This document shows, piece by piece, positions 18,213-26,910 of a stretch of 64,000 nucleotides of DNA. The DNA comes from Bacillota bacterium. GTDB lineage: Bacteria; Bacillota; Limnochordia; Darwinibacteriales; Darwinibacteriaceae. The stretch is from the NCBI GenBank assembly GCA_012518735.1, contig JAAYRO010000060.1, positions 23,312 through 87,311 on the forward strand, given 5' to 3'. The notes under the pieces were generated by a model. It was not told the origin of the DNA. It made no database searches and worked only from the letters and a program-made list of their open reading frames with translations. A program made the position numbers and the translations under genes. Within the stretch, counting starts at the first letter, position 1. Each line of letters starts with the position of its first letter.

Positions 18213-18763
18213 CCCCGATTCACCTCCCTTGCAGTATCTATAGTTACAATCTCACCTTCAGAAAGTCTGCTAATTACTCCATAGAGAATGTGCTCCCCAT
18301 CCTTTAGCTGAACATAGACATATTCCCGATCTATCCCAAGGTCAATTCCTATGCCTAAACCTCCTGCTATATGGTTCACTTCCGCGGCCATATCTTGAAA
18401 ATTCCCAAGCATAACGGCTTCTTCAATTACAAATCGCATTTCTTGGAAAGCGCCAAGCAGCTTTTCCGATGGGTTATCGGTAAGCCGTATCTTAAATTGG
18501 CCCGGTTTGCCGGCTGCAATATCCCTAACCGCCTTGATGGTTTCTGGTAAAGCTGTATTCTCATTTAGGGTAATCTGAATTATGGTGCCCTGCGTTGATT
18601 GGAGTATCTCCGATTCTTCTACACCTGGCAGTTCTTGGATTTGGGCTGCTAGAGGAGCTATTACCTTCGATTGTCTTAAATAGTATTGCCCAACCAAACC
18701 GCTAACCATGACGATTACGAAAACTAATAATGCCACATGAATCCTAAATCCTCGTAACTCCAC
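18209..18763 (-). CDS. Hypothetical bitopic membrane protein, translationally coupled to the FtsH-like protease gene
   Basis: 184 aa. N-terminal TM helix, then a soluble domain. Stop overlaps the FtsH-like start (ATGA). Confidence 0.5.
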   Translation of the reverse strand: MELRGFRIHVALLVFVIVMVSGLVGQYYLRQSKVIAPLAAQIQELPGVEESEILQSTQGTIIQITLNENTALPETIKAVRDIAAGKPGQFKIRLTDNPSEKLLGAFQEMRFVIEEAVMLGNFQDMAAEVNHIAGGLGIGIDLGIDREYVYVQLKDGEHILYGVISRLSEGEIVTIDTAREVNRG

Positions 18764-18810
18764 TCCATCTCTGCCTCCTTGTACTAACTTATGTTTGTTA
18801 CCTATATTTC

Positions 18811-18842
18811 AAAAAGAAAGGCCAGTACACGATCATACTGGC
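18811..18842 (-). terminator. Rho-independent terminator downstream of pgsA
   Basis: gccagta-cacgatca-tactggc hairpin, followed by a T-run on the minus strand. Confidence 0.5.
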
Positions 18843-18860
18843 ACTAACTATTATAGCACA

Positions 18861-19382
18861 CTATTCCATTGAACTTTTCAGTATATCCTGGGCTTTTAGG
18901 AAATAATCTACTCCAGAGAAAATCGTAATCAATACGGCTGCCCAGATTAGGATGTTAGCTCCTGGCGCCTCTATTAATAGCGCCACAACAGCAATGATCT
19001 GGGTCACAGTCTTTAGTTTCCCCCATTTTGAAGCAGAAATTACCACCCCTTCAGAAGCAGCTAAGAGACGGAGACCAGAAACAGCAAACTCCCGCCCAAT
19101 TATAATTAGGGCAATCCATGCGCTGATGGCGCCCAACTGTACAAGACTGAGTAGGGCGGCTGAGATTAGCAGCTTGTCAGCTATTGGATCAATCAATTTA
19201 CCGAATCGTGTTACCTCTTTTCGAGACCGAGCTAAATAGCCATCAAGACCATCTGTAATGGAAGCTACAATAAAGACAATGGCAGCTAGATAGTTGCCAT
19301 GTGGAAGCTCCTGCAGCAGCAGAAAAGTGAAAACCGGCACCAAGAAAATACGTAAGAGAGTTAAAAAATTAGGTAAATTCAT
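18861..19382 (-). CDS. pgsA: CDP-diacylglycerol--glycerol-3-phosphate 3-phosphatidyltransferase
   Basis: 173 aa. CDP-alcohol phosphatidyltransferase motif DGxxAR...G...DPxADK. Confidence 0.85.
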   Translation of the reverse strand: MNLPNFLTLLRIFLVPVFTFLLLQELPHGNYLAAIVFIVASITDGLDGYLARSRKEVTRFGKLIDPIADKLLISAALLSLVQLGAISAWIALIIIGREFAVSGLRLLAASEGVVISASKWGKLKTVTQIIAVVALLIEAPGANILIWAAVLITIFSGVDYFLKAQDILKSSME

Positions 19383-19383
19383 G

Positions 19384-20718
19384 TTACTCCACTACCTCCC
19401 CGACTAGATCGTACGGATGAGCTTCCACAATGCGAACTCTCACAATCTGGCCGATCTCCACATCAGATTGACCCAAATATACAACGCCATCCACATCTGG
19501 AGCCTGCCCTGCGTGGCGAGCAACGAGTACTAGATCAGACTCATCCGATACCCCATCAATTATAACATCAACTTCCCTACCTACAAGTTTCTGATTCAGC
19601 TTTAAGGAAATCCTCTGCTGCAGTTCCATAGCTGCCTTATAGCGACGCTCTTTCTCCCCTTCTGGTATCTGCTGTTCTAAACTAAATGCAGTAGTGTCCT
19701 CTTCCTGCGAGTATTTAAAGATCCCCACATGATCAAGGCGCATTTCCTCAAGAAAAGACAGTAACTCCCGAAAATCCGCTTCTGTTTCCCCTGGAAATCC
19801 CACAATAAAAGAACTGCGAATAGTCACCCCTGGAATCATCTCCCTTATCTTAGTGATTAATCTCACCGTAGAATCATAATCTCCAGGCCGCTTCATTTTT
19901 CGTAGAATCTTACCAGAAACATGCTGTAGTGGCAAATCTACATATTTAACCATCTTCTCTTGAGATTGAATGAGGTGAAGTACTTCATCACTCAACGATG
20001 TGGGATAAGTGTACAGCAGCCGAATCCAGGCAAAATCCAATTGTGACAAGCTCTGGAGCAGACTAGTGAGTGATGCCTCCATTTCTTTTGGAAGATCATA
20101 CCCGTATGCTGTTGTATCCTGTGCAATCACCACAAGCTCCTTAACACTTTGACGTGCCAACGAACGGGCTTCTCTTATTACGGCCTCAGGTGTTCGACTG
20201 CGATACTTACCACGTATCTTAGGAATAACACAGAAGGCGCAGGAATGGCTGCAGCCCTCAGCTATTTTCAGATACGCAAGATGGCTGCCTGTAGTCACAA
20301 CACGGTTGTAATCTTCTTCGTAACTAAAAAAACGATTGCTGACGTCCCGAACCCGTTCCCCACGTAAAATACCGTCAATCACGTCTCCAACACGATCGAG
20401 CTCATTGGTCCCCAACAATCCGTCAATTTCCGGTATTTCCCTAAACAAATCGTCAGCATACCGCTGAGATAGACAACCCGTCACGATCAAGCCCCGACAC
20501 GATCCAGACTTCTTCATTTCAGCCATTTCAAGGATAGCGCCGATAGACTCTTCTTTAGCCGCTTCAATGAAACCGCATGTATTAACTATGATAAAGTCTG
20601 CTGACGCTGGGTCCGATACTAATTCATATCCCTGTTTAGTTAGATATCCCAGCATAATCTCAGTATCAACAAGGTTTTTTGCACATCCTAAAGAAACAAC
20701 ACCAATTTGTATACTCAT
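19384..20718 (-). CDS. rimO: Ribosomal protein S12 methylthiotransferase RimO (radical SAM MTTase)
   Basis: MSIQIGVVSLGCAKN..., radical-SAM CxxxCxxC (CSHSCAFC) and TRAM domain. Start at the ATG with aggaga RBS; the track ORF is N-terminally extended. Confidence 0.85.
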   Translation of the reverse strand: MSIQIGVVSLGCAKNLVDTEIMLGYLTKQGYELVSDPASADFIIVNTCGFIEAAKEESIGAILEMAEMKKSGSCRGLIVTGCLSQRYADDLFREIPEIDGLLGTNELDRVGDVIDGILRGERVRDVSNRFFSYEEDYNRVVTTGSHLAYLKIAEGCSHSCAFCVIPKIRGKYRSRTPEAVIREARSLARQSVKELVVIAQDTTAYGYDLPKEMEASLTSLLQSLSQLDFAWIRLLYTYPTSLSDEVLHLIQSQEKMVKYVDLPLQHVSGKILRKMKRPGDYDSTVRLITKIREMIPGVTIRSSFIVGFPGETEADFRELLSFLEEMRLDHVGIFKYSQEEDTTAFSLEQQIPEGEKERRYKAAMELQQRISLKLNQKLVGREVDVIIDGVSDESDLVLVARHAGQAPDVDGVVYLGQSDVEIGQIVRVRIVEAHPYDLVGEVVE

Positions 20719-20881
20719 CAATCTTCTCCTAGCAGAATTATGTATCAAGTGTATGATTTTCGCTACATGCCAACGCATTCCTGCCTCAAGCCGGGAAATG
20801 CTAATAATCATAGCAGGAAATCAACCTATTATGTGGAAAGCAATTATAAGACGTATCGAAAATTATGGGTAAGGAGCAGAC

Positions 20882-21100
20882 ATGAAAGGAAGCCTGAAGT
20901 TCTTAGGTTTGATTACTCAAATCGGCATAACGGTAGTAATTACAGTCTTGATAACTACTACAATTGGAGTATACTTAGATCGACGGTTTAAGACAAATGC
21001 CATATTTACTTTGGTGTTCATCGTTATCGGCAGTGTTTCCGGAATTTGGTCCGCCTATAAACTAATCCAAGAAATTTCATCAGATGATTTGGAGCGCTGA
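20882..21100 (+). CDS. AtpZ/AtpI-family small membrane protein (putative F0F1 assembly factor)
   Basis: 72 aa two-TM protein immediately upstream of atpI and atpB. Confidence 0.5.
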   Translation: MKGSLKFLGLITQIGITVVITVLITTTIGVYLDRRFKTNAIFTLVFIVIGSVSGIWSAYKLIQEISSDDLER

Positions 21101-21102
21101 CC

Positions 21103-21480
21103 ATGTTTGATGAACATCACGTTTTGCGTACAACAATTGTTTTGACTGTGGTCCTTTCTCTGGGCACTGTTTGGATTCGATTTCCGATTGCAGCTGGATT
21201 TGCCCTTGGGGGAATCATGTCAGCTCTGTGTTTTCGGCTGCTTATTTTAAACTGTACATCTTTACTGAAAAGCTGCAAAATCGGCAGCATTTCACCAGAT
21301 GATGCTCCCCGCTATGCCAGGAAAGGATATTATCGTCGCTATCTTTTGTATGCTGGTGCCTTGTCTATTTCGATACTCAGTCCTTATACAAACTTCTTTT
21401 CAACGTTGGTGGGACTGCTCATGCCCCGTATAGCAATCTACTATCTTATGATTAAAGGGAGGATTAAACGTGGAACCTAA
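21103..21480 (+). CDS. atpI: ATP synthase protein I
   Basis: 125 aa hydrophobic protein in the canonical position upstream of atpB. Confidence 0.55.
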   Translation: MFDEHHVLRTTIVLTVVLSLGTVWIRFPIAAGFALGGIMSALCFRLLILNCTSLLKSCKIGSISPDDAPRYARKGYYRRYLLYAGALSISILSPYTNFFSTLVGLLMPRIAIYYLMIKGRIKRGT

Positions 21481-22114
21481 CATTGTATTCTACATATATT
21501 CATTTCCGGTTAGTGATTCCCTTTTGTTTACTTGGATTATTATGGCTGTTCTTTCTATTGGCAGTTACCTGCTTACCCGAAATCTGGAGAAAGTACCCCG
21601 GGGAGTACAGCATATTCTCGAAGTAACAGTAGAAGGTATTGAAAAGATCGTTGTCAATGACATGGGACAAGGAGGCAAGGTCTTTGTTCCTTTGATTATG
21701 GCCATTTTTCTCTTTATCCTGTTTTCCAATGTCATTGGCGTTGTCCCGGGGGCTGTATCACCTACAGCTGACTTAAGCACCACCTTAGCCTTAGCCTTAG
21801 TTGTCTGGGTAGTGGGACATGGTGCAGAAATCTATTACAAAGGTGTCAAATCCTGGGCTAAGGGATTTTTTGAGCCTTATTGGTTCCTGTTCCCTATCAA
21901 CCTTGTTGGCGAAATATCCCAGGTTCTCTCTCACTCATTCCGTTTATATGGTAATATTTTTGGTGGGGGAATTCTTCTGGGTGTTCTATACATGGTTGTT
22001 CCCTACGTCGCGCCAGTGCCACTGCTTGCCTGGTTCGGTGTATTAATGGGTGCAATTCAAGCAGCTGTATTTACAATGTTAGCCATAGCTTATATCCAGA
22101 TGCACATGGACTAA
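21470..22114 (+). CDS. atpB: F0F1 ATP synthase subunit a
   Basis: 214 aa with conserved a-subunit features. Confidence 0.85.
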   Translation: MEPNIVFYIYSFPVSDSLLFTWIIMAVLSIGSYLLTRNLEKVPRGVQHILEVTVEGIEKIVVNDMGQGGKVFVPLIMAIFLFILFSNVIGVVPGAVSPTADLSTTLALALVVWVVGHGAEIYYKGVKSWAKGFFEPYWFLFPINLVGEISQVLSHSFRLYGNIFGGGILLGVLYMVVPYVAPVPLLAWFGVLMGAIQAAVFTMLAIAYIQMHMD

Positions 22115-22149
22115 GGCACTTGGCAGATGGCTGAAAGGAGGGATAACGA

Positions 22150-22428
22150 ATGATGGAGATCGCAATTATCATTTCTGCAATTGCAATTAGCTCTGGCATT
22201 GCACTGCTTGTTGGTGGAGCTGTTGGACTTGGCGAAGGCTATGTAGCCGGTAAAGCTGTTGAGGCCATTGGACGTCAACCAGAAGCTGAAAACGCCATTC
22301 GAACCACGATGATTCTTGGTCAGGCTATTTCCGAGTCTGGTGCTATTTACTCATTGGCTGTAGTCTTGCTCATGATCTTCACAATTGTCTTACCCCTATT
22401 GGGACGGTTTATGGACCTTCTCGGATAG
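22150..22428 (+). CDS. atpE: F0F1 ATP synthase subunit c
   Basis: 92 aa two-helix hairpin. GRQPE loop and conserved carboxylate (ISESGAIY). Confidence 0.85.
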   Translation: MMEIAIIISAIAISSGIALLVGGAVGLGEGYVAGKAVEAIGRQPEAENAIRTTMILGQAISESGAIYSLAVVLLMIFTIVLPLLGRFMDLLG

Positions 22429-22507
22429 TGGTGTACACTGTGATGTGGGTGCAGATTTTTACTGCACCCGTTATTCAAAGGAAAACTGTTGAAAAGGGTG
22501 ACACGCG

Positions 22508-23005
22508 TTGATTAATACCACTGACCTTGTAGCCCAAATCATAAACTTCATCCTTTTAGTTGGTTTGCTTTATCGCCTTCTGTACCAACCGGTAAAGGAG
22601 TTTATGGATAATCGAACAAACGAAATTGAGCAGCGCATCCAATCAGCTCAAGAAAACCAGGCCGCGGCGGAAGCCCTTAGGCAGGAGTTGGAGGCTCAAG
22701 CGAAGGACAGTCAGAAACAAGCTCGGAAATTCCTAGATGAAGCTGCACGGCGAGCAGAGCGTATGCAGGCAGACATGATTGCTGAAGCACGTAAAGAAGC
22801 AGAAGCACTAATACAGCGGGCACAAGAAGAGACTCGTCTTGAAAAAGAGAAAGCCTGGGCAGAACTTAGAGAGAGTGTTGGTGAACTATCACTCCTCCTA
22901 GCTTCGAGAGTGATTGATGAATCGTTAGATGAAGGGAAACATCAGAAACTAATCGATGAGACTCTTGACCAGCTCGAAACGCTTGAGATAGAGGGGTCAC
23001 TATGA
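22508..23005 (+). CDS. atpF: F0F1 ATP synthase subunit b
   Basis: 165 aa. N-terminal TM and a long charged helix. TTG start. Confidence 0.8.
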   Translation: MINTTDLVAQIINFILLVGLLYRLLYQPVKEFMDNRTNEIEQRIQSAQENQAAAEALRQELEAQAKDSQKQARKFLDEAARRAERMQADMIAEARKEAEALIQRAQEETRLEKEKAWAELRESVGELSLLLASRVIDESLDEGKHQKLIDETLDQLETLEIEGSL

Positions 23006-23529
23006 GTACTCAGCTTAGTAAACGTTACGCTCAGGCCTTATATGAAGTACTGCCCCCTCAAACACTGCAGAGTGCAGTTTCTGAGTTTAAGCAAGCCACT
23101 GCAGTATTACAGGACCCTCAAATAAGAGAAGTCTTTTTTCATCCTAGAACTCCTATGAATCAGAAGGCTCAACTTGTGAAGTTAATGGACTTATCTCCAA
23201 TTCTGGAGAATTTCTTTCTGCTTACGATTGAGAAGTCTCGTGATCGACTCCTGCCTTCCATGCTAGATGAGTTTGAAAAGCTGGTTCTAGCAGCACACAA
23301 AACTACAACGGCACAAGTCTTATCTGCTGTTCCCCTTCAGCCTCAAACAGTGGAGCGAATTAAGAGCCAACTTGAACGTATGTCTGGAAAGACTGTAGTG
23401 CTAGAAAGTACAGTAGACCCCAATATGGGTGGTGGACTCATCATCAAGATGGATGGATACGTTATTGACGGGAGCGTCAACAGTTCTCTTCAACTGTTAA
23501 AAAAAGAACTTCTAGAAACTAATCAGTAA
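23002..23529 (+). CDS. atpH: F0F1 ATP synthase subunit delta (OSCP)
   Basis: 175 aa. YAQALYEV... N-terminus and GG-rich C-terminus typical of delta. Confidence 0.8.
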   Translation: MSTQLSKRYAQALYEVLPPQTLQSAVSEFKQATAVLQDPQIREVFFHPRTPMNQKAQLVKLMDLSPILENFFLLTIEKSRDRLLPSMLDEFEKLVLAAHKTTTAQVLSAVPLQPQTVERIKSQLERMSGKTVVLESTVDPNMGGGLIIKMDGYVIDGSVNSSLQLLKKELLETNQ

Positions 23530-23558
23530 ATAGGATAAAGAAAATTCGCCTGCTGCCC

Positions 23559-23608
23559 AAACCATCCCTCCATCCTCCAGCAAACTGGAGTGATAAGGAT
23601 GGTTTTTT
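23559..23608 (+). terminator. Rho-independent terminator after atpH
   Basis: Imperfect long stem aaaccatcc...ggatggttt followed by TTTTTT. Confidence 0.5.
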
Positions 23609-23681
23609 GCTGTTCAAAAACAGCACCAGTTGAGTCCTCAAGTTTAACGACACTACATATCGCGAACTAAACTATACTTTC

Positions 23682-23714
23682 AAAAAAAGCACTCTCCAAA
23701 TGGAGAGTGCTTTT
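23682..23714. terminator. Bidirectional rho-independent terminator (serves the Opp SBP gene on the minus strand)
   Basis: Perfect 10-bp hairpin gcactctcca-aa-tggagagtgc flanked by A7 and T4. Confidence 0.6.
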
Positions 23715-23726
23715 CGTTTCCAGAAT

Positions 23727-25460
23727 TTATCTGTCAATCCAAATCCAGTTCCAAGCAGAAGCGACAGAACCGCCGATTGTGTCTGGATATGCGTTCCGGA
23801 GATGGTCACGTACAGCAACGTTGGTTTCAGCATTAACGGTAAAGAACAGCGGTACGTATTCAGCAACAATGTCTTGATACTCGTAGTAGTACTGTCTCCG
23901 TACTTCAGGATCCATTGCTCTCTGAGCTGCATACCAAACCTCGTCAATCTTGGCTTCCCACTCTGTATGTGGTTCCTCTTGCATTGGATGCCACATGTGC
24001 AGGCCACCACTGGACAACCAAACGTTCGACCCACCATTAGGATCAAAGGTACCGGTTAGACCAATGATAATAGCGTCCCAATCAAAGCTATCCATAAGCT
24101 TTCCAACGATAACGTTAAAGTCAATCAGGTTAAAGCTTACTTTAATGCCAAGAGCTTCCATGTCTTCCTGGAAGAGCTCGCCAACAATTTGACGAATGGG
24201 TACACCTGGATTAGTCAAAAGCTCGAACTCGATAGGATTGCCATCCTTATCCCGTCGGATGCCATCTTTGCCAAGTGTGTAACCGGCTTCTTCTAACTTC
24301 TGATGAGCTACATCTAAATCGTATGGATAGGTCTTAATATCCTTCTTCAAGAAGAATTCATTCCGCATGTTAATAGGACTATCTTGGATATACCCTCTGC
24401 CGTTCATAGCCATGTCAAGAATGGTTTCCTTGTCAATGGCATGAGCCAGAGCCTGTCGGAACTTCACATCAGTGAACCAGGATAGTTTTGGTTCTGGTAC
24501 GTGATATGGGTTCTGGTTCAATACGATAAAGCTTGTGCCTGGGTTAGGACCTGCTTCAAGAATGGTCCAGCGGCTCATAGGCTCTCTATCAACAAACTCA
24601 GGATAGTGAGATGCTGGGATGCCCATGTAGTCGAATTCACCGCTGAAGAATGCCAATACAGATGTGTCTTGGTTTGCATAGTAGCGGAAAATAATCCGGT
24701 TCAAGTATGGCAGTCGATTACCAGCGTTATCGAATTGATAGTAGTTATCGTTGCGAACAAGGATCAACTCTTGGTCCACACGATAGGACGAAATTTTCCA
24801 TGCACCAGTTCCAACAATTTCCGTCGGATCTGTGTCTAGACCCCACATCTCAGCATATCGGCCCTCTTTGTGAGCTTCGCCCAAGATGTGCACTGGGACA
24901 ATGTCTGTTCCAATACTGTACATAATTGGTGCATGTGGACGGGGCAGTGTAAATTTCACTGTGTACTTATCGATTTTCTCATATTTCATAGGCTGTCCAT
25001 CGATAAGGAGTCCACTGTAGGAGTTAGAGCCAACATTTGGATCATAAGCTACGTCAAAAGTGAAGATGACGTCATCTGCTGTAAACTCCACACCATCATG
25101 CCATTGAACACCGCGGCGCAGATAGAAAGTTACCTCTGTACCGTCTTCACTGATTTCATATGCCCGAGCAAGCTGTGGCAGTACTTCACCAGTGTTCCGA
25201 TCAAGAGTTACCAAACCTTCAAACACTTGATTTAAAACATCAGTACTGGATGTTTCTGCAGCCCGATGTGGGTTAAGTGTCTTAGGTCCAGAAGCTCCAC
25301 CACTAACAGTCATGGTTCCACCATAGCGGCCAATACTATCGCCGTATGTGTTCTCAACATCAACAACAAATGGATCGAGTAATTCTACTGCACTAACATT
25401 AGCACTAAAAGCAAGTGCTGCAACCAACGCCAATACAAATAGTAGTCTCTGTCTCTTCAT
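23727..25460 (-). CDS. ABC transporter substrate-binding protein, family 5 (oligopeptide/dipeptide-type)
   Basis: Roughly 577 aa. Signal peptide MKRQRLLFVLALVAALAFSANVSA and SBP_bac_5-like body. Confidence 0.8.
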   Translation of the reverse strand: MKRQRLLFVLALVAALAFSANVSAVELLDPFVVDVENTYGDSIGRYGGTMTVSGGASGPKTLNPHRAAETSSTDVLNQVFEGLVTLDRNTGEVLPQLARAYEISEDGTEVTFYLRRGVQWHDGVEFTADDVIFTFDVAYDPNVGSNSYSGLLIDGQPMKYEKIDKYTVKFTLPRPHAPIMYSIGTDIVPVHILGEAHKEGRYAEMWGLDTDPTEIVGTGAWKISSYRVDQELILVRNDNYYQFDNAGNRLPYLNRIIFRYYANQDTSVLAFFSGEFDYMGIPASHYPEFVDREPMSRWTILEAGPNPGTSFIVLNQNPYHVPEPKLSWFTDVKFRQALAHAIDKETILDMAMNGRGYIQDSPINMRNEFFLKKDIKTYPYDLDVAHQKLEEAGYTLGKDGIRRDKDGNPIEFELLTNPGVPIRQIVGELFQEDMEALGIKVSFNLIDFNVIVGKLMDSFDWDAIIIGLTGTFDPNGGSNVWLSSGGLHMWHPMQEEPHTEWEAKIDEVWYAAQRAMDPEVRRQYYYEYQDIVAEYVPLFFTVNAETNVAVRDHLRNAYPDTIGGSVASAWNWIWIDR

Positions 25461-25705
25461 ATTAGATATTCCCCCTTTTTTAAAATACACAGATTCGTTT
25501 TGGGTTTTCCTCCTCTCTATTGGTCATATGATTTGTCTTTTCATGCGAATCTCTGTTACGATAACCTGTTTTAGTCAGGAAATCGTAGAATCATGTTATC
25601 TATATTAATACGCCGTAGACACCGTTTGTCCTGCTGAAAATTGGTCTTTTTCTGTCGAATCTACCTTTTAACATTTTTAACCAGCAGTCAACATAGGTTC
25701 TTTGC

Positions 25706-25740
25706 AAAAATGCGAGGTCCAAATATGGGGCCTCGCATTT
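25706..25740 (-). terminator. Rho-independent terminator downstream of ABC permease genes
   Basis: gcgaggtcc...ggggcctcgc hairpin, followed by T5 on the minus strand. Confidence 0.5.
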
Positions 25741-25765
25741 CATAATCAATAGCCAACAATTGAAT

Positions 25766-26905
25766 CTAAGAGTGAGCTCGAGGATCAAGAGCGTCCCGAA
25801 TCCCATCACCAAAGAAACTATAGGAAAGTACGGTAATAAAGATCATAAAGCCTGGCACCAAAAGCCAAGGATAACGACTCAGTGAAGACAGATTCAAGGC
25901 TTCTGATAACATATTACCCCAACTTGCTAAAGGATGTTGAATTCCCACACCAATCACACTCAAGCCAGACTCTGAAAGAATAAAGCTAGGAATTGACAGT
26001 GTAGCATTAACAATCACATAGCTTAAGGTGTTAGGCAAAATATGCCGAATAATAATCCGCGGCTGAGAACATCCGATGGCCTCGGCGCCTGCCACAAATT
26101 CACTCTGTTTAATAGAAAGTACCATACCTCGAATCACTCTTGCTAGACCAGCCCAGCCAATAAAGCTCAAAATAAATACTATCATTAAAAACCGCTTGTC
26201 CGATGGCATATCCGTTGGGAGTACTGCACTTAAGGCTAAGAGCAGATAGAAACTGGGGATGGAGATAATAATCTCTGCTATACGCATCATTATATTATCA
26301 ACCCAACCGCCAAAATACCCAGATATTCCTCCGTACAACATTCCAATAGACATACTAACTACAATCCCCACTATCCCAATAAACAGTGAGCGCCTACCTC
26401 CATACGCCAGCCGGGAGAAAATGTCTCGACCGTAGCGGTCTGCACCAAGCAGAAAGATCTTTCCTGGTTTGTCCACACCAAATAAACGAATATCGGTTTC
26501 GAATAAGCCTAGAACGGAATACTTATCTCCTCGAACAAAGAAACGAATAGGATATATTTTAGATTCATCAGGTTCATACCGATTACGCAAGGAGTCCACC
26601 CGATCATATCCGTACACAAATGGTCTTGTAAGCTTACCCTCTGGACTGATAAAATGCACCCGTGTAGGTGGATGATACGTTCGTCTCCGGTCTGTAGTCA
26701 GTTCACTATAAGGAACTAAGAAATCAGCAAAAATTGCAAAGACATGAAGAAGTATCAAAACCCACATGGCGATCATCGCCAATTTATGTCTGCGCAGCTT
26801 CTGCCACGCCATTTTCATTGGTGATCGAATGGTCTCTCCGTTTTGAAAATGTTGGATATCTTCACCTTCAATAGTCTCGACCCTTGATTTAGCCATAATG
26901 TTCAT
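25766..26905 (-). CDS. ABC transporter permease (OppC/DppC-type, with N-terminal extension)
   Basis: 379 aa, BPD_transp_1-like permease. Confidence 0.8.
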   Translation of the reverse strand: MNIMAKSRVETIEGEDIQHFQNGETIRSPMKMAWQKLRRHKLAMIAMWVLILLHVFAIFADFLVPYSELTTDRRRTYHPPTRVHFISPEGKLTRPFVYGYDRVDSLRNRYEPDESKIYPIRFFVRGDKYSVLGLFETDIRLFGVDKPGKIFLLGADRYGRDIFSRLAYGGRRSLFIGIVGIVVSMSIGMLYGGISGYFGGWVDNIMMRIAEIIISIPSFYLLLALSAVLPTDMPSDKRFLMIVFILSFIGWAGLARVIRGMVLSIKQSEFVAGAEAIGCSQPRIIIRHILPNTLSYVIVNATLSIPSFILSESGLSVIGVGIQHPLASWGNMLSEALNLSSLSRYPWLLVPGFMIFITVLSYSFFGDGIRDALDPRAHS

Positions 26906-26910
26906 CCCCC

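Noticed and set aside
20567-20991. Plus-strand ORFs of 94 and 101 aa overlapping the rimO 5' end and the atp promoter region
   Set aside because: They overlap a well-supported CDS on the other strand, have low-complexity translations, and show no RBS or motif.
20882-23529. Possibility that the partial atp locus is an N-ATPase
   Set aside because: The gene order Z-I-a-c-b-delta is the canonical F-type 5' half. N-ATPase operons start with beta and epsilon and carry AtpQ and AtpR, none of which are present.
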